A stretch of DNA of 64,000 bases from Desulfobacterales bacterium. GTDB taxonomy: Bacteria; Desulfobacterota; Desulfobacteria; Desulfobacterales; SpSt-501. This document shows, one piece after another, positions 19,288 to 28,672 of the stretch. A program made the position numbers and the translations under genes. Where the stretch lies: NCBI GenBank assembly GCA_030834695.1, contig JAUQXK010000013.1, positions 25,980 to 89,979 on the forward strand. Direction: 5' to 3'. Below the pieces are notes generated by a model. That model had not been told where the DNA came from. It did no database searches and saw only the letters and a list, made by a program, of their open reading frames with translations. The first letter of the stretch is position 1. The number at the start of each line of letters is the position of its first letter.

Positions 19288-20550
19288 ATGACCATCGGCA
19301 AAGGCAGTCCGGATGCGGTGCTGGCGGAAAATGATGTCGAAGCCATCATCCGGGAGGGCACTCCTTCCGGGTTGTATGAAAACAAGCGCGTCCTCGTGCT
19401 CACGCCGGACGCCACCCGCACCTGCCCGCTGCCGATGATGGTGCGGGCCATCCGCCGGACGATCGGCGAGCGCTGCGCGCGCCTCGACTTCATGGTGGCG
19501 CTCGGCACGCACACGCCTCTGCCGCTCGAGGGGATCCAGGCGCTTTACGGCATATCGAACCCCCGGTCGGAATTTCCCCGCTCGGCCTTTTACAATCACG
19601 AATGGGACCGGCCGGACACCTTTCGGCGGATCGGCCTGCTGCCGGCTGCCGAGGTCGAAGCTATTTCCGGCGGGCGGCTCAGCGAAGCGCTGCCGATCGA
19701 GATCAACCGTCGCATCTTCGACTACGATCTGGTGCTCATCGCCGGGCCGGTGTTCCCGCACGAGGTTGTGGGTTACTCGGGTGGGGCCAAGTACCTTTTC
19801 CCCGGCATATCCGGAGGAGAGTTCCTGCATTTCTTCCACTGGCTCGGAGCGGTCATCAGCTGCAAGCGGATCATCGGAATCAAAGACACGCCGGTTCGCC
19901 GGTTGATCGACCGGGCGCTGGAAATGGTCGACGTGCCCGTTCACTGCCTGGCCATGGTGGTCAACCACGCTGCGGGGTTGTGCGGCCTGTATGCGGGGGA
20001 CACGCGCGAGGCCTGGTCGCGGGCAGCCGACTTGTCCGCACGGATTCACGTCGTGACGAAACGGCGGCCGTTCCGACTGGTGCTGGGCGCCGCCCCTGCC
20101 ATGTACGATGAAATCTGGACCGCCGGCAAGGTGATGTACAAGCTCGAGCAGGTCGTGGCCGACCAGGGGACCCTGATCATCTATGCCCCGCACATCCATG
20201 AGGTGTCCCGGACCTGGGGCCGCTACATCGAGTCCGTCGGCTACCACATCCGCGAATACCTGCTGGCCCATATGGACCGACTCAAGGATGTTCCGCGGGG
20301 CGTGCTGGCCCACCTCACCCACGTCCGCGGAACCGGGACGTACACGGACGGTGTCGAGCGGCCCGAGGTGAACCTGGTGCTGGCGACATCGATCCCCGAA
20401 GACGTCTGCCGCCGGATCAACGTCGGCTATATGGACCCGCGCGGAATCCGGCTGGCGGATTACATGAACCGGGAGGACCAGGGGGTCCTGTTCGTGGACC
20501 ACGCCGGCGAGATCCTCCATCGCCTGGAAAGCCCCTTGCCGAAGGAGTGA
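19288..20550 (+). CDS. LarA (lactate racemase)-family nickel-pincer epimerase, GntE-like
   Basis: PDATR, VALGTH, PHEVVGYSGGAKYLFPG, HFFH and WTAGKVMYK match the LarA catalytic/cofactor residues (Asp/Arg, His, His, Lys, His, Lys). Confidence 0.85.
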   Translation: MTIGKGSPDAVLAENDVEAIIREGTPSGLYENKRVLVLTPDATRTCPLPMMVRAIRRTIGERCARLDFMVALGTHTPLPLEGIQALYGISNPRSEFPRSAFYNHEWDRPDTFRRIGLLPAAEVEAISGGRLSEALPIEINRRIFDYDLVLIAGPVFPHEVVGYSGGAKYLFPGISGGEFLHFFHWLGAVISCKRIIGIKDTPVRRLIDRALEMVDVPVHCLAMVVNHAAGLCGLYAGDTREAWSRAADLSARIHVVTKRRPFRLVLGAAPAMYDEIWTAGKVMYKLEQVVADQGTLIIYAPHIHEVSRTWGRYIESVGYHIREYLLAHMDRLKDVPRGVLAHLTHVRGTGTYTDGVERPEVNLVLATSIPEDVCRRINVGYMDPRGIRLADYMNREDQGVLFVDHAGEILHRLESPLPKE

Positions 20551-20553
20551 GCC

Positions 20554-21969
20554 ATGCCGTCTTTCCTCACCGAAGATTTTCTGCTGCAAACCCGGACCGC
20601 CCGTACGCTCTACCACGACTTCGCCGAAAACATGCCCATCTTCGACTACCATTGCCATCTGCCGGTGGCGGAAATCGCCGCGAACAAGACCTTCGAGAAC
20701 CTCGCCGACATCTGGCTGGGAGGCGATCACTACAAGTGGCGGGCCATGCGGGCCAACGGCGTCCCCGAGCGGCTGATCACCGGGGATGCGGATGATTTCG
20801 AAAAGTTCCAGGCCTGGGCCGCCACCGTGCCCAAGACCCTGCGCAACCCGCTTTATCATTGGACCCATCTGGAGCTGAAACGCTACTTCGGAATTTCGGA
20901 GAAACCGCTGAATCCCGAAACCGCCGAAGCGATCTACACGAAATGTTCGGCCATGCTGCGGACGAGCGATTTCAGTACGCGCCGCATCCTGGAGCGCATG
21001 AACGTCCGCGTGGTGTGCACCACCGACGACCCCACCGACAACCTCGAACACCACCTCGCGCTGAAAGCCGAAAGCGGATTCACCGTCAAAATTCTCCCCG
21101 CCTTCCGGCCGGACAAGGCATTGGGCGTGGAATCCCCGAGCGATTTCAACCAATGGGTCGGGCGGTTGGAGGCATCCGCCGGGATCGAGGTTAAAAATTT
21201 CGATTCGTTTCTGGAGGCGATCCGCCAGCGGCACGATTTCTTCCATGCGACCGGCTGCCGGCTGTCCGACCACGGAATCGAGCAGCCTTTCGCCGCAGAC
21301 TTTACGGCGAAGGACGTGAATAATGCTTTCCAAAAGGCGCGGCAGGGAAAAAAGCCGACGCCGATCGAAGCGTTGAAATTCAAATCGGCCGTGACGCTTG
21401 AACTGGCGCGGATGGATGCCGAGAAGGGTTGGACCCAGCAGTTTCACTTCGGCGCCTTGCGGAACATCAACAGCAGGGCCATGGCGGCCCTGGGGGCCGA
21501 CACCGGCTACGACACGATCGGGGACTGGGAGATCGCCCGGGCGCTCGCCCGGTTCCTGGACCGATTGGATCGGGAAGGACGGTTGGCCAAAACCATCCTC
21601 TATGTGATGAACTCGCGCGACAACGAAGCGGTCGCCGCGGCGGTCGGCTGCTTCCAGGACGGGAGCCTCCCCGGTAAGATGCAGTTCGGATCGGCGTGGT
21701 GGTTCAACGACCAGAAGGACGGCATCGAAAAGCAGATCAACGCCCTCTCCAACCTGGGGTTGTTGAGCCGGTTCGTGGGCATGCTGACCGACTCGCGCAG
21801 TTTCCTGTCCTACCCGCGGCACGAGTATTTCCGGCGGGTGCTGTGCAACCTGCTCGGAAACGACGTGGAGAACGGCGAACTGCCCGGCGACATGGAGCTG
21901 CTCGGCGGCATGGTCCAAGACATCTGCTTTCGCAACGCCGTGGCCTACTTCGGCATCGAGCTGGGGTGA
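20554..21969 (+). CDS. uxaC: Uronate isomerase
   Basis: PIFDYHCHL, GDHYKWRAMR, NPLYHWTHLEL, CTTDDP, GSAWWFND, GMLTDSRSFLSYPRHEYFRR. Confidence 0.97.
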   Translation: MPSFLTEDFLLQTRTARTLYHDFAENMPIFDYHCHLPVAEIAANKTFENLADIWLGGDHYKWRAMRANGVPERLITGDADDFEKFQAWAATVPKTLRNPLYHWTHLELKRYFGISEKPLNPETAEAIYTKCSAMLRTSDFSTRRILERMNVRVVCTTDDPTDNLEHHLALKAESGFTVKILPAFRPDKALGVESPSDFNQWVGRLEASAGIEVKNFDSFLEAIRQRHDFFHATGCRLSDHGIEQPFAADFTAKDVNNAFQKARQGKKPTPIEALKFKSAVTLELARMDAEKGWTQQFHFGALRNINSRAMAALGADTGYDTIGDWEIARALARFLDRLDREGRLAKTILYVMNSRDNEAVAAAVGCFQDGSLPGKMQFGSAWWFNDQKDGIEKQINALSNLGLLSRFVGMLTDSRSFLSYPRHEYFRRVLCNLLGNDVENGELPGDMELLGGMVQDICFRNAVAYFGIELG

Positions 21970-21973
21970 AACC

Positions 21974-22975
21974 ATGGGGATGGACCTTCGCACCTGCCGG
22001 GTGCTGGTGACGCCCACGACGTTCGGGATGCAGGACCCATCGCTGAGATCCCGGCTTGAGCAGGCGGTCGGCGAAGTCCGTTACAGCCCGGTGAAACGCC
22101 CGCTCACCGCTCCGGAGCTGACACGCTTGGTCAAAGGCATCGACGGCTGGATCGCCGGGCTGGATGAGATCGATGCCTCCGTCGTCGCAGCGGCCGACCG
22201 GCTGAAGGTGATCGCGCGCTATGGAGTCGGCTTCGACCGGGTGGACGTGGCGGCGGCGACCCGACGCGGGATTGTGGTCGCCAACACGCCGGGCGCGAAC
22301 TCGGCGGCCGTGGCCGAGCTGACGATCGGGTTGATGCTGGCGCTGGGCCGGCGGATTTGCCCTTCGAACCAGGCCGTCCGCAGCGGGCAGTGGCCGCGCA
22401 TCTCGGGGGTGGGCCTGATGCGCAAAACCGTGGGCCTGGTGGGGTTCGGCTCCATTGGTCGTGAAACGGCGCGAAGGCTCGCGGTTTTCGGGTGCCGGGT
22501 TCTTGTCGCGGACCCCTACGTGAGCCCGGAAGCGGTTTCCGACTGCGGGGCCGGTTCTGTGCCTCTCGATCAGCTTCTTCCGGCCTCCGATTTCGTCTGC
22601 CTGCACGCGGCCGTCACGCCGGCGACTGCCGGCATGGTGAACGACTCGTTCCTTCACAAAATGAAGCCCGGCGCCTTCCTGGTCAACACGGCCCGGGGGG
22701 AGTTGATCGACGAGACGGCCCTTCGGCAATCCCTTGAAAGCGGCCGGCTGGCCGGCGCCGCACTGGACTGTTTCCAAAAGGAGCCGCCGGAAAGCGATCA
22801 CCCGTTGCTCCAATTGCCGCAGGTGATTGCCACGCCCCACACCGGCGCTCATACGGACGAGGCCGTCAACGCCATGGGCCGGATGGCGCTCGATGCCTGT
22901 CTCGCGGTCCTGCGCGAAGAAAGGCCGGCGCATGTCGTCAACCCCGATGTCTACACGGGCGTGAATGTCCAATGA
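21974..22975 (+). CDS. D-2-hydroxyacid dehydrogenase (SerA-like catalytic domain)
   Basis: RYGVGFD, NTPGAN, GLVGFGSIG, VNTARGELID, ATPHTG. Confidence 0.88.
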   Translation: MGMDLRTCRVLVTPTTFGMQDPSLRSRLEQAVGEVRYSPVKRPLTAPELTRLVKGIDGWIAGLDEIDASVVAAADRLKVIARYGVGFDRVDVAAATRRGIVVANTPGANSAAVAELTIGLMLALGRRICPSNQAVRSGQWPRISGVGLMRKTVGLVGFGSIGRETARRLAVFGCRVLVADPYVSPEAVSDCGAGSVPLDQLLPASDFVCLHAAVTPATAGMVNDSFLHKMKPGAFLVNTARGELIDETALRQSLESGRLAGAALDCFQKEPPESDHPLLQLPQVIATPHTGAHTDEAVNAMGRMALDACLAVLREERPAHVVNPDVYTGVNVQ

Positions 22976-24501
22976 TGAATTCATCATGGTTTCTCGGCAT
23001 TGACCTTGGGACCGGCAGCTGCAAAGCGGCCGCGGTGGACGAGAACGGCAAGGTCCTCGGCTTCGGAGCGGGCGAGTATTCGGGCGCCGAGGCCCAGGTG
23101 CGCTGGCAGGAACAGGACCCGCAGGATTTGCTCAAGGCGGCGATTGCCTCCGTGCGCCAGGCGGTGGAGCGGTCCGGCGCAAGACCGGAGCGCTGCGGCG
23201 GCATGAGCATCGGCGGCGCCCTGCACAGCGTGATGGCTATGGATGACCGGGATCGGCCCCTGACGGGCGTCATCACATGGGCGGACGGGCGGGCGGTGAA
23301 GCAGGCCGAGGCGGTCGCCGCAACCGAGGCCGGCAAACGCCTCTATCCGGAGACCGGCTGCCCCCCGCACGGGATGTATCCGCTGTACAAGGTCATGTGG
23401 CTGCGTGAAAACCGGCCGGAGGTATTTCAAAAAGCCAGGCGCTACGTTTCCGCAAAGGAGTATGTCGGCTTCCGTTTGACCGGCACCTGGCAGGTCGACT
23501 ATTCGCTGGCCGCCGGGTCGGGTTTCCTGAACACCTATACCCTCCAGTGGAGCGATTCGGCCCTCAACCAGGCCGGCATTCGCCCGGACCAACTTTCGCC
23601 CCTGGCTGCACCGGCCGCCCTTCTGGGCAGGCTCTCGGCGGAGGTTGCCGCCCGGATGGGGATTCCCGCCGGCACGCCGGTCGTGACGGGCTCCTCGGAT
23701 GCGGTGAATTCGAGCATCGGGGCCGGCGCCGTAGCGCCCAACCAGGCTACCTTAATGATCGGCACCAGCGGCGCGCTCCGGGTGGTGGCGCCCCAACCGG
23801 TATTGGACCCGAAGGCCCGCAGCTGGTGCTATGCCATCGATGCGGCGCACTGGCTGGTGGGGGGCGCGATCAACAACGGCGGTGTAGCCCTGTCCTGGCT
23901 GCGGGACTGTCTGAATCAAGCCCATGTCAGGCAGCCGCTGACGTTCGAAGACGTTCTCGCGCTCGCCGGCCGTGCGCCCGTCGGGTCCGGGGGGCTGGTC
24001 TGTCTCCCGTTTTTTGCGGGTGAACGCAGCCCCAACTGGAACCTGAATGCCCGGGCGGTCTTCTTCGGGATGTCGCTCGCCCACGAAGCGCGCCATCTGG
24101 CGCGGGCGCTGCTGGAGGGGATGGCGTTTCGCTTCAAAAGCCTGTTGGCGGTGTTGACGGAGGTGGGTCTCGACGTGAGGCAGATTGTCGCCTCGGGCGG
24201 CTTCACCCAATCCGAGTTGTGGCTGCAGGTCATGGCCGACACGCTGGGCCGCGAGCTCTCCGTGCCGGAATGGGGGGAAACCTCCGCCCTGGCGGCCGCC
24301 TTCTGGCCGTTTCTATCCATGGGCGGCGCTGCTTCCTTCAACGAGGTCCGGAACTGGGTGCAATTCAGCCGGGTCCAGCGACCGGTTCCGGAGCATGCGG
24401 CCGCATATGATCGCATCTACCCGCTCTATACCGAGCTTTATCGATCCTTGACCGGCGCCTTCGATGAGGTCGCCCGGTTGCAACAAGAAATGGAAATGTG
24501 A
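22972..24501 (+). CDS. gntK: FGGY-family carbohydrate kinase, gluconokinase-like
   Basis: GIDLGTGS, ITWADGRA, TGCPPHGMYPLYK, IGTSGALR, GGAINNGG, GERSPNWN, ASGGF. Confidence 0.8.
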   Translation: MMNSSWFLGIDLGTGSCKAAAVDENGKVLGFGAGEYSGAEAQVRWQEQDPQDLLKAAIASVRQAVERSGARPERCGGMSIGGALHSVMAMDDRDRPLTGVITWADGRAVKQAEAVAATEAGKRLYPETGCPPHGMYPLYKVMWLRENRPEVFQKARRYVSAKEYVGFRLTGTWQVDYSLAAGSGFLNTYTLQWSDSALNQAGIRPDQLSPLAAPAALLGRLSAEVAARMGIPAGTPVVTGSSDAVNSSIGAGAVAPNQATLMIGTSGALRVVAPQPVLDPKARSWCYAIDAAHWLVGGAINNGGVALSWLRDCLNQAHVRQPLTFEDVLALAGRAPVGSGGLVCLPFFAGERSPNWNLNARAVFFGMSLAHEARHLARALLEGMAFRFKSLLAVLTEVGLDVRQIVASGGFTQSELWLQVMADTLGRELSVPEWGETSALAAAFWPFLSMGGAASFNEVRNWVQFSRVQRPVPEHAAAYDRIYPLYTELYRSLTGAFDEVARLQQEMEM

Positions 24502-24515
24502 GGCGAGGGACAAAA

Positions 24516-25349
24516 ATGGATATCGAACAGCTCATCAAATCCCATAATTTCAGCGGGACCACGATCGTCGTGACGGGCGGCACCGGTGTGCTGGGTTCGG
24601 AGATGGCCGCTGCGCTCGTCCGTTCAGGCGCGGACGTGGCCATCCTGGCGCGGGACCCGTCGCGGGCGGGTGCGGTGAAAAAGCGCCTGGAACAAGGTCC
24701 CGGCCGCGCGATTCTCGTCCGGGCGGACGTTCTGTCAAAGGAATCGGTTCTCCAGGCTGCCGGAGAGATCCAGACCCAGCTCGGCCGCGTGCATGCCCTG
24801 ATCAACGCGGCCGGCGGAAACGCTCCCGGGGCGACGACCAATCCCAGCCAGCGCTTTTTCGACCTGCCCGAAGAGGCTCTGAAGCAGGTCGTGGACCTCA
24901 ACCTGCTGGGCACCATCGTCCCCTGCCAGGTGTTCGGCCGGCTGATGGCGGAGGCCGGGGAAGGGAACATCATCAACATCGCCTCCATGGCCGGCTTCCG
25001 GCCGCTGACCCGCACGGTTGCCTACAGCGCCGCCAAGGCGGCCGTCGGCAACTTCACGCAGTGGCTGGCGGTCCACATGGCGCAGGAATGCTCGCCCGGG
25101 ATCCGGGTCAACGCCATCGCGCCCGGGTTCTTTCATACCCGGCAAAACCACTTTCTGCTGTTCGACGAGAAGACCGGCGATCTCACGCCGCGCGGCCGAT
25201 CCATCATCGACCACACCCCCATGCGGCGCTTCGGAAATCCGGATGATCTTTTGGGCACGCTCTTCTGGCTCCTGTCCCCCGGCGCCGAATTCGTCACCGG
25301 TACCGTGGTCGCCGTGGACGGAGGATTCGCTGCGTTCAGCGGCGTGTGA
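24516..25349 (+). CDS. uxuB: SDR D-mannonate oxidoreductase (fructuronate reductase)
   Basis: VTGGTGVLG, INAAGGN.PGATT, NLLGT, RPLTRTVAYSAAKAAV.NFTQWLAVH, IIDHTPMRRFG, DGGFAAFSGV. Confidence 0.85.
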   Translation: MDIEQLIKSHNFSGTTIVVTGGTGVLGSEMAAALVRSGADVAILARDPSRAGAVKKRLEQGPGRAILVRADVLSKESVLQAAGEIQTQLGRVHALINAAGGNAPGATTNPSQRFFDLPEEALKQVVDLNLLGTIVPCQVFGRLMAEAGEGNIINIASMAGFRPLTRTVAYSAAKAAVGNFTQWLAVHMAQECSPGIRVNAIAPGFFHTRQNHFLLFDEKTGDLTPRGRSIIDHTPMRRFGNPDDLLGTLFWLLSPGAEFVTGTVVAVDGGFAAFSGV

Positions 25350-25404
25350 AGGACCGGATCCACTCAAGTCGTCAGAAAACGTCGTCCTTCTTCGGAGGTG
25401 AATC

Positions 25405-26487
25405 GTGACCGATCAACCCCTGCAGGAAATGTCGCCGGAGGCGTGTGCCGGCAAGATCTTTGAGATATCAGGGGAAAAATTCAGTCCGGAAATTGCTGGC
25501 GAGTTATGGCCCAAAATCTTGCAGCACAAGTGGCTGTTGTCCGAAAAATTGCGCCGGGATGTGGGACTGCGGACCGCATGCATCGATTACATCGACAATA
25601 TGGAGCAGGCCCACAAGGAGTTCATGACCTACCAACGGAAGGACATTCTGGCCGAAATGGGGGCTCAGACAATCAGCCGGGAGGTGTGGGACACCATCTC
25701 CGATTCGCAGCCTCCCAAGAAGTTGATTCAACGGAAAATCATCCTGCCCCTCACGGAAAAAAGCCTATCCGACAAACATGGCGTCGTGCCTCCGAAGACC
25801 ATCATCTTTTTCGGGCCTCCCGGCACCGGGAAGACCCACTTCGTCAAGGCCATCGCCGGAATTCTGTCCTGGTGGTACATCGAGATCGCGCCCAGCATGC
25901 TCATGGCGGATGGCGTTGAGAAGATCGGGGCCAATCTGCGCGGCATGATGGAAAGGTCGCGAACCCTTGATGATGCCGTCATCTTTATAGATGAGTTTGA
26001 AGAGATCGCCGGCAGCCGGGATGAGGGCAGCCGGGTGGACAAGTCCATCACCAACGAATTCCTCAAGCAAGTCCCCCTGCTCAAGAACAACCCGAACAAT
26101 ATCTTGTTGGTCTGCGCCACCAATTATATTCGGAAGCTGGATGCCGCGTTGCTGCGTCCGGGAAGGTTCGATTGCATCATACCGGTCGGCGAGCTGGACG
26201 CGTCCGGAAGGAGGACCATCCTGGAGCACTATCTGTCCAAGCTCAATTCGGGAGAGATCGACCTGACCCAAATCGTCGAGATGACATCCCGGTATACTCC
26301 TGCCGACATTGAATACCTGTTCCACCAGGTGGCCCAGTACGCTTTCGAGCAGGAGTATGAGACCGGGCAGAATTATCAGGTGACGGTAGATACCTTTCGG
26401 CAGATCATGCCGAAGGTTCGACCATCCCTGACCGATGAAATGATCGAAGAGCTCCACAGCGATAGCATCACTTACTCGCGCGCGTGA
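25405..26487 (+). CDS. Classic-clade AAA+ ATPase with a DUF4032-like N-terminal segment
   Basis: Walker A GPPGTGKT, Walker B IFIDE, CATN, LDAALLRPGRFD; N-terminal QHKWLLSEKLRRDVG resembles the DUF4032 motif. Confidence 0.8.
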   Translation: MTDQPLQEMSPEACAGKIFEISGEKFSPEIAGELWPKILQHKWLLSEKLRRDVGLRTACIDYIDNMEQAHKEFMTYQRKDILAEMGAQTISREVWDTISDSQPPKKLIQRKIILPLTEKSLSDKHGVVPPKTIIFFGPPGTGKTHFVKAIAGILSWWYIEIAPSMLMADGVEKIGANLRGMMERSRTLDDAVIFIDEFEEIAGSRDEGSRVDKSITNEFLKQVPLLKNNPNNILLVCATNYIRKLDAALLRPGRFDCIIPVGELDASGRRTILEHYLSKLNSGEIDLTQIVEMTSRYTPADIEYLFHQVAQYAFEQEYETGQNYQVTVDTFRQIMPKVRPSLTDEMIEELHSDSITYSRA

Positions 26488-26533
26488 ATCATAACGATGG
26501 TTGGGACTAAATTTGACATTCCTCTGATTCATG

Positions 26534-26562
26534 TTGACATGAGAATAGGATGGGCGTACTTT
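26534..26562 (+). promoter_or_regulatory. Sigma70 promoter of the cold-shock gene
   Basis: TTGACA (26534)-17 bp-TACTTT (26557); implies a ~170-nt 5' UTR. Confidence 0.7.
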
Positions 26563-26646
26563 GTAAGTCACCGGCATCGAAAAATCCCCTGCGGGAATCG
26601 ATTGCCACCAAGGTGGGATTTAAAAACATTTTGCGGTGTAGGGCTT

Positions 26647-26681
26647 AACCACCACACTCTTCAAAGTGCGGTGGTTTTTTT
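26647..26681 (+). terminator. Terminator-like hairpin within the csp leader
   Basis: AACCACCACACT-loop-AGTGCGGTGGTT followed by a T run. Confidence 0.6.
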
Positions 26682-26737
26682 ATTTCATCGTCCTAATCCA
26701 CCTTTAGAAAATCTACGAAAGGAGGATCAGAGCAACG

Positions 26738-26935
26738 ATGGAGGGAAAAGTTAAATGGTTCAATGAGCGCAAAGGCTTCGGTTTTATCGAAGCCGAAAAC
26801 GGAAGCGACGTATTCGTGCATTTCAGTGCTATTCAAAATAGCGGCTTTAAAAGCCTTCAAGAAGGTCAAGCGGTCAGCTTTGATGTTCAAGACGGGCCCA
26901 AGGGAAAGTCCGCAGCGAACGTAAAAGCGCTCTAG
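26738..26935 (+). CDS. Cold-shock protein (CspA family)
   Basis: [22 protein letters not shown]; AAGGAGG RBS. Confidence 0.97.
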   Translation: MEGKVKWFNERKGFGFIEAENGSDVFVHFSAIQNSGFKSLQEGQAVSFDVQDGPKGKSAANVKAL

Positions 26936-27086
26936 ATTTCCACCCTGAAGTCGGCGCCTCCTTTGTCACCACAGGGGGCGCCCTGTCCTCTCTTTCTCTT
27001 CATCGGGCGTTGGTTCTCTTCAATGGTTCCACTTTTTCTTGAGGAGTATAATCGATCTCGGGTAGCGCTTTTTTTAAAGGATCGTC

Positions 27087-27353
27087 ATGCGCACCAAGCA
27101 CGGCTCTCTCGTTACCATAAAAGACGGCCGAACCGGGTACCAGTATCCGGCATCCATGTACCGATGCGGCAAAAGCAGAATGTATATCGAATCGAATTAC
27201 GCGCCTCGACCTGGTTCAAAATTCCAGGTGATTCTTGAAAACCGAGAGCTTAATGCCGAGCCTTTTGCTTTCCCGGCTGTGATCCAATGGCGCAAGGTGT
27301 TGTGCAGACTGGGTTCGCCTTATTCCTATAGTCTGGGAATAAAATGGGTCTAA
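27087..27353 (+). CDS. Small PilZ-like beta-barrel protein
   Basis: 88 aa; MYIESNYAPRPGS...AVIQWRK...YSLGIKW pattern resembles PilZ folds; AAGGA RBS. Confidence 0.45.
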   Translation: MRTKHGSLVTIKDGRTGYQYPASMYRCGKSRMYIESNYAPRPGSKFQVILENRELNAEPFAFPAVIQWRKVLCRLGSPYSYSLGIKWV

Positions 27354-27366
27354 ATAGGAGGAACGC

Positions 27367-27729
27367 ATGCGCCAAAAATTTTTGATATCCCTGAATGGTT
27401 CGGGGACTCACCTGAATATCAGAGAGCTTGCCGTCATCGACAAACATCTGAACCCGATTGAGTCGTCGATGCTTGAAGAAAAAAACTTCAGCCTTTTGTG
27501 CGAAGAGACATACGATCGCGTGACCATTGCCAATTCAATTTCTGCGGGGATCGCTGATTTGGTAACCACTCTCCGTTCGGATAATTTTTTTCCTAACCGG
27601 GAATATGCAACCAAAATTGCTGAAGCGATTGTAAAGTTATATGCTTCGCCCGGTGCGGACAAGATAGAGTTGTTTTTTGACGATAAAGACATGATGAAAA
27701 ATGGCCTTGCTGTTCTTGGGAAGGCATAA
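27367..27729 (+). CDS. Hypothetical protein
   Basis: 120-aa ORF with AGGAGG RBS. Confidence 0.65.
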   Translation: MRQKFLISLNGSGTHLNIRELAVIDKHLNPIESSMLEEKNFSLLCEETYDRVTIANSISAGIADLVTTLRSDNFFPNREYATKIAEAIVKLYASPGADKIELFFDDKDMMKNGLAVLGKA

Positions 27730-27828
27730 AGCCGCCGATTATTCTCTGTCAAGAAACGGCTGCATGTAAACAGATGATCATTTCATGGCTTTAAAATTGG
27801 CCCTGCACCAGGGGTAAATGGAGGGACG

Positions 27829-28140
27829 ATGAACTCAGCCACGGAATTCGGATTTGTGGTCGGAGAGAAGTATGAAAATGAAAAAGGGATATTTACGGTC
27901 ATGTCCATTGAAAAAGATGAAATGCTAATTCGGTGGACGAATGGTGAAGAGGCGCAAACATCTATGGAGTTCCAAGACCGCATCCAGCAGCGCCGGAATT
28001 GGGAAAAATCAGTGCAGCAGGAAAAAGCGGATGCGGTAAAAACGCCTCCCAAGAAAACCAGAGCTTCAAAAAGTGCTAAACAGGATCCAGCCGCGCAAAA
28101 AAATCCAGCTATCTCCACGGCAGGCAAGCGCGCAATCTAA
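27829..28140 (+). CDS. Hypothetical protein (small beta domain plus Lys-rich tail)
   Basis: 103-aa ORF, GGAGG RBS. Confidence 0.6.
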   Translation: MNSATEFGFVVGEKYENEKGIFTVMSIEKDEMLIRWTNGEEAQTSMEFQDRIQQRRNWEKSVQQEKADAVKTPPKKTRASKSAKQDPAAQKNPAISTAGKRAI

Positions 28141-28204
28141 ACGGCGCCCATTCGCGGTACAGCTGGATCTGTTCAAGCGGGTTTCAATGTCGAGAGGTCA
28201 CCCA

Positions 28205-28489
28205 ATGAAAAGCTTGATAGAGTCTGCAGCCAAAAAGGCCGGAGTCCCCTTAGATGTTATCGATCTCATCGGATGCGACTTCATCTCTCAGATAATTGAT
28301 GAGCTGCCGAGTCTTCTCCTGCCCCCAATCATGGCAACATTGAAAGAGCATTATGCGAAGAAAGGGCAAGCGTGGATAGAGCAAAACGCATTATCTCTTC
28401 AAAACTACTTTACGATTCTAAAGCAGCTGTACGGTCCGATCGAAAATAATGATTTAGAAAAACCGATGTATCATCTTGTGTTGCCGTAG
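28205..28489 (+). CDS. Hypothetical protein
   Basis: ORF MKSLIESAAKK..., GAGG upstream of the ATG at 28205. Confidence 0.5.
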   Translation: MKSLIESAAKKAGVPLDVIDLIGCDFISQIIDELPSLLLPPIMATLKEHYAKKGQAWIEQNALSLQNYFTILKQLYGPIENNDLEKPMYHLVLP

Positions 28490-28672
28490 AACCTTTTTGG
28501 GGAACCGGTCATCGGGCGATAGCTCGCGCGCAGCATAAAGTTGAAGGTCGCGGTATTCAATCCGGCTGCCAAGCCTTTTTTGTGCAGGATTGCAAAGAGG
28601 TGAGAATGGTGCCGGGTGTCTTCCCGAAGGCGGCCCTGTCCGTGATTAAGGCCCGCTCTCGGCAGGGACGTT

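Noticed and set aside
19285-22017. 910-aa antisense ORF (and similar long antisense ORFs at 10540, 15911, 17662, 32148, 60236)
   Set aside because: Mirror frames of well-supported genes, expected at high GC; no recognisable motifs
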